This document shows positions 48,701-60,068 of a stretch of 64,000 bases of DNA, piece by piece. The stretch is taken from contig CM120643.1 in the NCBI GenBank assembly GCA_051362555.1, positions 11,444,644 to 11,508,643 on the forward strand. Reading direction: 5' to 3'. This DNA is from Lingula anatina (lineage: Eukaryota; Animalia; Brachiopoda). The first letter of the stretch is position 1. Every line of letters begins with the position of its first letter. The translations under genes were made by a program, and so were the position numbers. The notes under the pieces are model-generated. The model was not told where the DNA came from. It saw only the letters and a program-made list of their open reading frames with translations, and made no database searches.

Positions 48701-49477
48701 TCAAGTTTGGCATTTTTACACCAGGAATATATATAGTTTATAAGACTGTCTTCCCAAACGATGTTGTGTGATGACATAGGTTTTTTGAGTGAGAACAGTT
48801 TCAGAGCCAGCATACAAGAAAAAGGCTGCTAATGGGGGAATTTTTTTATTAGTCATTTTGACTGTTTAGGTGGATGTCTTTCAGACTCTTGGGACTAAGA
48901 GCGCATTCTCAACGAATTAAGCCAGGCTTTACAAAGCCGGTGACCTAAAAATGGCGGACGTACATGAAAGAAAAACCGCCTAATCTTTTAATAGTCTCTC
49001 AGCCTCCCCACATGTCGTCCCTGCGGGGTACAGTAATTAAATCTCGGCTCCGTTCGCCATGCGGAAGCTACCTGAGAAATATTAAGTGCGCATGCTCATC
49101 AGTTAAACTCGTGGTGAAGAAAGCATGGCGGCTGAAGGCGATCGAAGGAAAAAAGCTCTTCTGTTCTATTATCTTTGAAAACAGAGACGAAAAAGGAATA
49201 ATTTGGCCCATAGACCAGCAATGAATCGACTATCTACGGAGATAATATCACCAGAGATATTCACGGAAATATTAATGTTCGGAGCCGAGACTTAATTACT
49301 GTACCCCGCAGGGACGACATGTGGGGAGGCCTGTGAGAGGCGGAGAGACTATTAAAAGATTAGGCGGTTTTTCTGTCATGTACGTCCGCCATTTTTAGGT
49401 CACCGGCTTTGTAAAGCCTGGCTTAATTCATTGAGAATGCGCTCTAAGAATCATAAGATATTGGCCATTATTGAGAT

Positions 49478-49527
<50 letters not shown>

Positions 49528-51835
49528 ATTGCATACTATCGACCATGATTCTGTTAGCAGATGCAGGGAAATAACCAAGTGCTGCAAACAGACCAGACAC
49601 ATGATAAAAAATTTACCATAGTGAAATTTTCCTGGGAGATCTCTCATTGATTCATCTTTTTCTATGATGCCAGTCTTTTTGACCTTTCTTTAAGTACTTG
49701 ATAACCATATTCATAGACTATCCTGCCATCCTAGTCAGGGATGAATGAGGAAGTGAAGTGAGAAGTTGGAGGGGGGGGGGGGGGTCACTTCTGGGGAAAA
49801 TATGTTTAGTGTTATTTTAAAGAAAGTTTTGTGAAAAGACATGATATGGAACTTATCTAGTACTTCAATACATTTTATAAGTACCAAGGCTTCACAGTGA
49901 TAAGTTATAAATATCTGACTCTAAACAGATATGTTGTTTGGTGAATTATTTAGGCAAGTGATACCTTCCATTGAAAAAATGTCTTCAGCCTTTTTGCACT
50001 CAAAAGCAAACAAGTTATTGATTTGTTTGAATAAGGAATATAAGGCAAATATTATTTAATCAATGAAGACATTAAGCATTTGCACAGTTATTAAAAAAAA
50101 GACCTTTACACTTCACAGCTACAATTTCCAAATACACCCTATTTATACAGTCTAACTGAAGCATGTGTATGTCTGGTCTGTTTGGCTTTCACTTTCTATG
50201 GAAGTCTGTGGTTTAGTCGAGGAAAAATTGATACCTTTTCATTGTCCCTACTGTATTATAAAAACAGCTGTAAGAGATGACCCTTATTTCTTTGTGCAAA
50301 TGATAATAAACTATTCATACTTTCATCAACTGTTCTTTTATCACATGATATAGTGCATCATGAAAATTCTATACAAGCTGAAGAGTGTATGCCAGTTGAA
50401 GTGGACACTCGATATTGACCATATACTTGCCTTTGTAAATGTATCCTGTACTCATGTTCAAGGAAACGGACCGGACCATTAGTGGATAATGCTGTTGTGG
50501 GGATGAAAAATGATTGTTCATTTGTTTTGATTCACTGTGTTACAACAATTTTTGGGGGGAAAAAAACAGGAAAAGAGGCTTTTAATCATTGATTTTAGTT
50601 AATTTGTGTGAAATTTCTGAACTATTAAAAAATTACAATTCATTGCACCAATATCAGTAATATCAGACCAAAGTCCCATACAGTTTGGCATTTAGACTAA
50701 AAGGGCACGTTTTAAAATGTCACATGAATAAAATGAATCTTTAATGAAAGTCTGGGGTTCTCCTATTACATTATTAATCTGTCATAAACCTAAGATTAGA
50801 CCACTTGAAGTGATGCATTCAAAGACAACAGCTGTGGTAAATAGGTGTGATTTTAATTTGCTTCAAATTACCCCACCTTCATGGAGAAATTCACAGCTAT
50901 TTGCTCAGGCATTTGATATCTGTATCAGCTGTAATCAAAAATTTTCAAAACTACACTGAGAAAAGGCATCATTTTCTGTGCCTATATGTCAAAGTGAAGC
51001 CCAAATTACACCTTTAAATGTCAGGTGAACCACAGTAAAATTACCATGGCGGCTCAGAAATTGAAATTGCACTTATTTACTGAGGTAAGGTCTCAGTCTG
51101 ATTGAGGGGGAGGGGCCCTGGGGACCATAATCACAGCCCATTTTCTCAGCGTGAACTCTAGCATAGAGCGTCTCTACGGGATTAGTTGAACTGAAATTTG
51201 AGGTCCCCTCACTGTAAGCCTTACTGGTACAAACTTACATCTCACTGACTAAATAGATGTGACAAAAGTGGTTTGAAGAAATGGTTTGATTATAGAATAA
51301 GCAAACAGTATTCGAAAATAACAACTTGGGGGTGTCTGTATCTCCTGTATATTTTCACAATCATATTTCAGGGAAAATATCTCTTGATCCTTATCAAATG
51401 TTTTCATTGGACTTAATGTTAGGTTTGAGGTTCATGTTTAACTTTTTGAAAGTAAGACAAATCTTAAGAAGTGAAGCAGAAGGAAGGGCTGGCCTTTCCA
51501 GCTCATTGGGAAAGCAAAGGACCAAGAGGCAATAACTATGGCCATACAATCATATTATTCCTTAATTATCCCAGCTCCTGCTTTTGAAGGGGTCTAGGGT
51601 ATCCGTAATTCAATATCCTTGTGGGTTTTTTTTTTTTTTTTTTTTTTCTAAAATAAAAATGTTTTCCCTGCCATTTTCAGTGATGAGAAATTGATATAGT
51701 GGAAGAGTTAATGATGAGGCAGATAACACTTGTGTACTAAGGGGCATTCCTGATAGCTATATAAAAATGTATGGAAATGTGTGGAATGATAGGGTTATTT
51801 GTGCAGGCACTTGTGTGTTTGGGTGTGCGCATGCA

Positions 51836-51876
<41 letters not shown>

Positions 51877-52481
51877 TCATCGTTTTTTGAAATGAAGCAA
51901 AATTGTTTTTTGGATTTAATATGAAAGTAATATGTTGCAGAAACAATCCACATTTCTTAGAAAACACTACTCTATATTTTACAACTCTGTGTTTCAGTAA
52001 GGTGATTGTACAAGGCAGTTTTGCTTGTTTTGAATTAAGGTTGTTTTGGTTTAGGTTGTTTTGAATCAATAAATTTGCTAGAATCTATCAAAATTTTATT
52101 GTAACATCTTCATATTAAATTGCTTTTTTTCCATCTTTGCAGCATTGGAAAGATGTCTCTCCTTTGGCCAAAGACTTCATAGATAAGCTCCTGGTGCTGG
52201 ACCCCAACCAAAGGCTGACTGCTGCCCAAGCAGTGAAGCATCCCTGGATCGCCACCAATGCGGCTTCTTCCAGTAACAAAAATCTGCATCGGACAATCAG
52301 TCAGAATCTGCTGCATCGCCAATCTACCCACGCCAACAGCACAAAGAGTGCCAAAAGTACCAAATCAGCTAAATCCACAAAGTCGAACAAATCCAGTAAG
52401 TCCTTGCGGTCAGAGCATCGGCGTGTCCAGCCAGAGGAATTGGAAGAGCTTCAAAAAGAACTACAACACCACCCTCTCTGA
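30732..52481 (+). CDS. PSKH1: Serine/threonine-protein kinase H1-like (CAMK group), 2 coding exons, ~414 aa
   Basis: Exon 1 30732-31637: MGCVSSK..., [75 protein letters not shown], ...YSYAGE|gt. Exon 2 52143-52481: HWKDVSPLAKDFIDKLL...NLHRTISQNLL...STKSAKSTKS. Phase-0 junction. Confidence 0.95.
35995..36077. repeat. Short near-perfect hairpin with a duplicated loop segment
   Basis: AGCATTGAAATACTGATCTAAATGCTTGATC-AGATGTCC-GATCAAGCATTTAGTTCAGCATTTCAGTGCT. TGCTTGATCAGATGTCC occurs twice. Confidence 0.8.
48899..49444. mobile_element. PIF/Harbinger-type MITE, copy 2 (546 bp, opposite orientation)
   Basis: Same TIRs and core as 16536-17082. TAA direct TSD (48896-98 and 49445-47). Confidence 0.92.
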
Positions 52482-55400
52482 GAGGGCAAATAGACAGCTG
52501 GCGGGTCATGTCAAAGTCCAGGGCCGTTTTAGGTCAAGGTCATGTGGGTTTGAGATGGATGCTGACCTTGGTGGATGATGCCAAAGGTCCAAGGTCATTC
52601 AGGATCCCTTGAGGAAACTGTGAAGTAGACTTTGATGGAGTACAAAATCTGGTCCTGATGACTGGTCACTGGTATTGTTAACCATAATGGCAAGGGAAGT
52701 GACAGTCATTGGCTTGCAGGATGGCTCGTATTCTCCATTCCTGAGTCATTCAACTGCTCCAACTGTGTGAAGAAAATCACGCTCTCACAAGGAAGAAGGG
52801 ATACTTCTGTCTACCATCTCATTCTGGTTCTATCATTGGACCAGGAACACCAATGAGGCCATCAGCACAGTATATATATGTAATAAATATATATATATAT
52901 ATAAATATATGTACATAGTATATAATGGTGTAATATATCCAGTACAAGTCAAGGAATTAATGGTGCTCAGGGTGCTGCTGATAGATGGCAGCACAAGTCA
53001 TAAATGCAGTGTTCAATACAAGAGGAGACTGGTTCTCAGTTCATGATTCCAGTATTTCCTCCGATATCAGGCAGGGTACATATTCATTTATGAATTAATA
53101 GTGTTCAAAGAGAAAATTATATGCTGAAAGTAAGGTTGTATATTTAGAAATATTTAAGCAGCTGTCAGTCCAAACATGGTGTGCATGAAGGGTGATGTTT
53201 TTTAGGACGAAGAAAATAATCCTCTCCTCCTTTTCCTCCACCAACACAGTTTCTGAGCAAGGAGGTACTTCTTACTGTAAGAAAGAGAAAGTACAGTTGG
53301 GAAAGCAAATTAAGGGCAGTAAGGGTGAACAGGAACCTAAATCTATTAGTCACAGGCCATGCCAGCATTACTGCTGCCTCCTTGAACAAAGTCATCTAAA
53401 TGTTCATCCACTGGGAGGAGACCCACCTTCACTGTAGAGTCCATATCGTATTCTGTTACATGAAAATTGGGACCTTTTAGCATGGGGCTTTTTTTATTTT
53501 TCAGTGTTTTAATTTATTTTTATCCATAATGGGTGGGGAGTGTTGACTGGGTGTTTTTTGCCAGGTCCACAATAGTGTTATGATTATTATTATCTTTTTT
53601 TCCTACCAAAATGGGTGGATTGCAGCAGACGTCGTGATTTATTTTTGGACAATATGTATGTTATTACATGAGGTGTCAGTGCTCGCCTCATTTACCAACA
53701 TATAGGCGGGGAGCAAAAAAGTTTGACATTAGAACTGCTACAAGGCAGCCATTAATTTTAAAACAAAGCAAATGCGATTTTGAGTGAGCTAAAAAAGCTT
53801 GTTTAAAGTCAATTTTGGTGGTTTTATTTGATAACATTGATTGTGTTTAATTTAAAAGACACTGTAAGAAGTTGTGGTTTTTAAGTAAGAAGTAGTGGTT
53901 TTTAAGTGCTCTCTTTTTGTGGTTGAGTAACCAGATGCGTAAACTTGCAATAGCAAGCAGGGCCCTCAGTGGGTGGGGGGAGAGCCTAGGACTAGGGTCT
54001 GGGGAGTTTTGTATCCATGCCAAAACTGCTGGCTAATCCTCAAAATACCCAACTGAGAGAGAGTAACCCCATGCCTTGACATGAAACTGTATTCTCCATG
54101 CCTCTTTGCCAGCACATTTTACCAAGTTGTCGTTTTTTTTTTTTTTTTTTTTCTGTCTTGTTTTTAAGTGCAATCTTTTTTCTTTTTCTTCTTGAATTTT
54201 TGAATGTTCTTAATTTTTATTTTAATTAACTTGGTCTTATTTACTTTACATATTTTGGAAGGTCTGCTGTGAAATCCAGGCCACTGAAAAATGAAAGCAT
54301 AAGTGGTTTGGTCAAAGGGGAATGTTTTCTTGCTCTCCAAAGTTTAATTTGGTCAACAAGTGATGTTGGAGATCATGTGGCATAATTCATTTTCCATTTC
54401 AAATATCATCTCCATCAGTCTAAGTCCTGTGCTCATTTTCCAGGAATGTGTGATTTATACAAATCGTTTGGAATGACCGTGTATCTTACAAAGTGCCCTT
54501 TATGGAAAGCAACTCCAAACAGCTGTTGTTTGCTATCAATCCTTCCAGGAGAGGGCACCTCTACCGACTCTTATTTCTATTCTTTTTGACAAGGTGGAGC
54601 ACTGCACTGCATGACCAGCTTGTAATAAAACCTTGAACTATATTCTAGGCAGGTTTAGACACCATTTCTGGAGCTGATGTGAGATCCAAGTAGATCATGT
54701 TCTCCATGCTCTCAGACAAGTTAGTTAATGGTCTTGTTCTTTCCAAATTATCATGTTAAAATGTCTTTGTAAATAGTTCTACGATATAGGAAGAAGATTC
54801 AGCAGCAAGAGACTTGACTCTTCACTATAGTTAAATCGATTCCAGCCACCACTAAGGCCCTTGGTGGCAACATGCAGGTTTTCCCAATGCCTGGTGAACT
54901 TTTTGCCCTTACTGCTCTTACATTTTAAAGGCCAAGAAATGTTTTTAAGACCCTGTTTAGTGCTAAGCATACGGTAGATACTTGAAATTTTTAAACGCTT
55001 GCTAGTATTTCACTTTTCGAATATATATATTTTTTTTTAATTTGCAAAAGTGTACTTTCAGACACAAAGGCCAACTAAATTTTCAAATATTTCAAATGAG
55101 AAAACTGAAGTTTTATTTTTTTTAAAAAAGAACATTTAAGGAGAAAATTATTAGTCCATGTTGTTTGAATCTGTTGAATAATTACCATAAATGCTGTGAG
55201 ATTGACAGGACCCCAGTGGTCTGCGGGAAACTGGCTGGCATGGTGACATAGTGGACGAGGAACAGGGCGAGATGGTTATGACTTCTTGTGTGCCCAGTTG
55301 GAATGACCCCCAGATTGGTCCTTCAATAAAGAAATTTGGTGTGGCAGTCCAAAAAGATATGCGGAACTCATTTCTGAAGGGGTTTGAAATGAGATGATCT

Positions 55401-58400
55401 ATGCGTATGTCAGTGTGGGGCTTGTTGAGACGATGCCAAATTTACAACTGCCTCTTGATAGATTTTTTTAAAGAACAATGCTGTTACAGAGTATCTGTTT
55501 AAGTGAAAATGAAAGAACACTGGAAGTAATTCAAAGAGTGGAATGTTTGTGGCTTTCAAATCAACTGTTGTCCAAATTTTAGGTCTTAATGTAGTTGTCA
55601 CTTACGGTTCATTTGGGACATTTTTTGACATGAGACTTCAACTGTTACACAAGCTGTTCACAATCAGCAGTTTGTACTCGAGCTGTTCATTCAGAGGATC
55701 TTGACATGTCTAGTGGAATACTCAAAATTCTTAAAATTTTGTACTCTATATTAGACGTTGACGTCACCATTGCATCTACACCGTGGCTATGCCGGGGTCG
55801 TTCCGCCAGGTCATTCACCCAGCATTGAACTGGGTGGGTAACCTGAGTGCATTATCAGACCTTGGCAAGTCATCCACTTCTTATAAAATCCAACCATTAT
55901 TTGAAAGCCACAACATGTTTGGGTTTCAGAAAATAACAATACTTGTTTGTTGTTTTACAATTTTTTAGGGGAACCAAAGGTGTTTTGATTTCTGAGTGTA
56001 AACATATGTAACTGCTGTTTTAACCCCCTCTCCCATTTGTTATGGTTTAAATGCATTTCTGCTGTCAGGTCTACACATGTACCCCTGCCTGATACTAAAA
56101 ACTCCATTATTAATATTATTATTATTATTATTGAATCAGGGTCAGTAGTATATATCAGGATGTATATAGATGTAAATATATTTGAGAGATAAAACATATA
56201 TATGTATATGTATACTTATATTGGTACATAGTTATAAGAACATAGATTTTAATTTTATTACATAAGATGCTAATTATTCACATTATTTTACAAGGTCCTA
56301 GTCATTTTCTCAAATGATTACCATGAGTATTCTGTGGATGGATGAATGAATGGATGGATGGATGGGTTTAACGTCTCACTGGTGATTGCAAACTCTGATG
56401 GTCAATCAGTCTGCTTTTAACGCTTTTATCGCTGGCGTACCCTGGGTGTTTCTGCATTTTAGGTCTTGTTGCACAATTGATGTCCAGGGCATGCATTTAG
56501 AAGCACTGTGATACTAATTCAAGAGATTTTCTTTCTGTATATGTATGTTGTTTTTCACAGAAAAACTCGAGTCTTGAGTAGTTAAGTTGTCATCTGCTGA
56601 ACATTTTTCTCTAAGATATTTATTCATGTTTTATGCTTTATTATGGTTATGTCTGTCTACCAAATGGCTATACAATTGGAAATGATTCAACTAGTAACTA
56701 CATATGGGAAAAAAAGGTTACATAATTTCTATGCACCATAAGAAACATTTTAAATTTTGGATGGTCTTATGATAAGGAATATAATGTTTAATGAGATGTT
56801 TATTTTGCACAGTTTTAGGGTCAACTTTGTTTGTTAAGATGCCAAACATTAAAAAATTTGCTAATAATTGTTGAAATACCTAAAAAGATCACAAAGGCTT
56901 CTTTGAAGTGGTCTGCAAGAACCTTCATGATTTCTATGGTTATTACTTTTTTAATTCAAACAAATACATTTATTATTCTTCAGAAAAAAAAGAACATGTT
57001 GGTAGCAAGTTCTTTAAAAGATATTGTTGTAAGTTTTTATTTAAAGTGTTGGTTTGATGTCAGAAAGTTTTTTTTAAACATTCAGTGACCTAAATATTAG
57101 ATCATACTAAGTAATTTAATACCTTGAGTATTTGAAATTTTCAAGTAATTCCTTTGAATTTAAATTCTTCATTGGTCTGAGACATGTTTTTAGAAATTTC
57201 AGATATGCATCAGAATTTGTTTTTTTTTTGTAATTTTTATCAGCTAAGATATATTGTGGTCTTGCTTTCCATGGAGTTTTCAACAGATTTTATCCCAAAT
57301 GTGTACCACAGTTAATTTTTCCTCTCACTAGACTGAACTTGAAGTTAATAATAGAAGATCAAAAAATAGAAGATCATTAGTATATTCATGTGCAATTGTG
57401 TGTACTGATTAGGAGGCACCAGCTAGTCAAAGTAGATAGCATTAGAAAGGTGAAATAATGCAGTGACAATCATTGTTGACAATAGGTCACATCACAAAGT
57501 AGCGTGTGCTTTGACTGGTGTTAAAATATGGTGTGCTCCTGGCTGGTTGCTTGAGGCAGACAAACTAGATCTTCTTTCATCCACTATTTCTCTAGTTGTA
57601 TGTAAGATATTCATTTAGATTCTAGTGGCTAGTTTTGCTAAAATCTGCTTTTTTAGTGTACAGACTTTCTTGAAGTTTTCTTGAAACAATACTCAAACAG
57701 ATTACTTAACTCACAGAAATGAAACAATGTGGCCAACTTGTAAACGCAGAACTTTGTATACCAATGTGAAAAGCAACATAATTTTGTAAACCCATGTGTG
57801 CAATTAATTGTTCATCTGCCAAAACATTTTCAAATTCAAAATTGATAGTAAAGGGCAGATATTCTCTGCAGAATTCATATGTATGGAAACCAGATTTTTT
57901 TTAGTGTGAACAAAATATCAAATAACTGTGAATGTAGTTTCACTGTGGGTATGTGTGATCTCATGGTACATTGGTATGTATATAAGGTCACCAACATGTT
58001 CTTTCCAGATGTACAGTGAACAAAACCCTGATGCAATATTACCTTGTACTGTATGTGAGTGTCCATTGTTTCAGGTACAAAGTGTCACAGTAGAGAATTA
58101 TGTTTCTGTATATCAAATAAGCAAGCTTTATCCTGAAAGTAACTTATTTATTGTATAGTGTACATCGTCTCTTTTATATTTTTTCCATTTCACTGCATTG
58201 GTCATGGCAAACAAATTATTAAACTAGTCGCAGCTGGTATCATTCAAACTAGTCACTGACACTGCCTGAGAGCCAGCTTGGTACCTTCATCTTCTAATGT
58301 CATAGTGCAATTGTATTAGGTGATACAACATTCAGTATTGCGGCAGTCGTTAACAGTAGATGCAATGCAAGTGTTTGGATCTGTTCTATTTTATGTAGTT

Positions 58401-60068
58401 GTGTAACATACAGATTTTTGCAGAGGAAGTGCTCCTCGATGTGTAACATGTGATTCAGATCAAAAATAAATACAAAGTTGAAATTATATGAAAACAGAAG
58501 GAGTTTTGGTTTTCACTTGGATTTAATTTCCGCAGATGTTTCTGTCAGTTAGGAGGGACCTTGCCTGCCCCCTCCACAGCAGGCAGAATGGCATTTTGTT
58601 GATCTAGTATTGTCTTGTTATGCCATATGAACCTCCCCAACATGTCAGGGCCTGGCACACAGATTATTTTACAGAGCTTCAAAGAGTTTTTGATGTTTGA
58701 TATGCAGAGTAATGATGAAAAAGTCTTGCTGAAGGCAAAGAAAATATTTTTTGGCGTAAAATACACTTGCCTTGGTGTCAGTTTTGAGGCTCTTCCACAG
58801 CTGTGGGCATCCCGAGCACTGAATCCAAGCAGACTTCTCAAAATGTTCAAATGTTGCAACTAGTTTGGAAAATGAGATAAATTAACATCTTCACACCACT
58901 TTCACCATTCCTCCTACACAAATTACAGGGATAATCAATACCTGATGCAGTATTACATGGAAATGTGGATATAAATTATATTAAACATAGGAAGAGTTCT
59001 GTACAAAGTTCTGAAAATGTTGATAACTTAAATGGGCTGTACTTATTATAAGTGGTGTGTGGGCAACACAAATTATTGAACAAATTGAAACAAAATCTAA
59101 CACACATGTTGAGTGTATTTATGGACCAAGTTTCTCTCTATGTTAACATCTGATATTTCAAACACCTGCTTCAATTTCTCTCAAATAACATCATTTATCT
59201 CGATTACATGTAATAACATGAGCTGCAATAAGAAAAACACACTTAATATAATAATGTTACTGCAAGTTTAAAGTTTTAAAGAGGTTCGGGGTTTGAAAAT
59301 GGTTGATCCTTTACAGTAATGACAGAATTTCTATAACTACTCCAGTTCTATTGTATTCTGTGACAAATAGTTCCCAGCAGTTTATGAAATGATGATACAG
59401 TTAAGGGATGCAAAGAGGAAACAAAAGTACACAACTTCTTAAAATTACAGGCAGCTGCACCAACGAAATAGACCCCATTGTGACTGGCACAACTAACACA
59501 CCACTAGCACAGCATTCAGTCGTCTGCCTGGAACTCGCAATGCACCAATTTCTTTCCCCTTTCACTGCATTTCCACAGTAAATTTGTCTAACAAATTTAC
59601 AAAAATTTTCCTTGAGCAAACCAAGATGGCAACATAGTCATGTTTCCCCTTTGCAAAGGGTAATGTTTGGATCCCAGTGCCTACCCCAATATTATCAAGT
59701 AGGTAAAAGTGCAACCAAGAGCACAGGTACTCATTTTTTAAAAAAAATTTATGTCAACTGAATACATCTTGGTCAATGTTATGTGGTGTAACAAAACACA
59801 CCCACAGGACTCCAACATCATCACCAAACATTGCATTGCATCCATGTTAAAGTATAATTAATTCTCTTACCTAGCTCCAATCAAGGCCTTACCACTAACA
59901 CAAGCTTTGAGTGGATATTTCAGAATTAACAAAAAAAGTTGCCAATGTCATCTTATTTACACTCAGAGATTAGTTTCTTAATCATAGAATCTGACAGCTC
60001 TTTTCTTTAAAAAATGTCAAAATACTTCTTCTATTTTATTCTTATCACAATATTACACAAGTGAGTCT

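Noticed and set aside
51125-51150. Resemblance to the miR-2/miR-13 family (ATCACAGCC...)
   Set aside because: Mismatched outside the seed, and no supporting precursor hairpin seen.
52479-52493. TGA read-through or selenocysteine at the PSKH stop
   Set aside because: It would add only four residues, the context is not a read-through consensus, and no SECIS was identified.
55770-55900. GC-rich segment faintly resembling a SINE central domain or structured RNA
   Set aside because: No A/B boxes, tail or TSD visible; similarity too weak to call.
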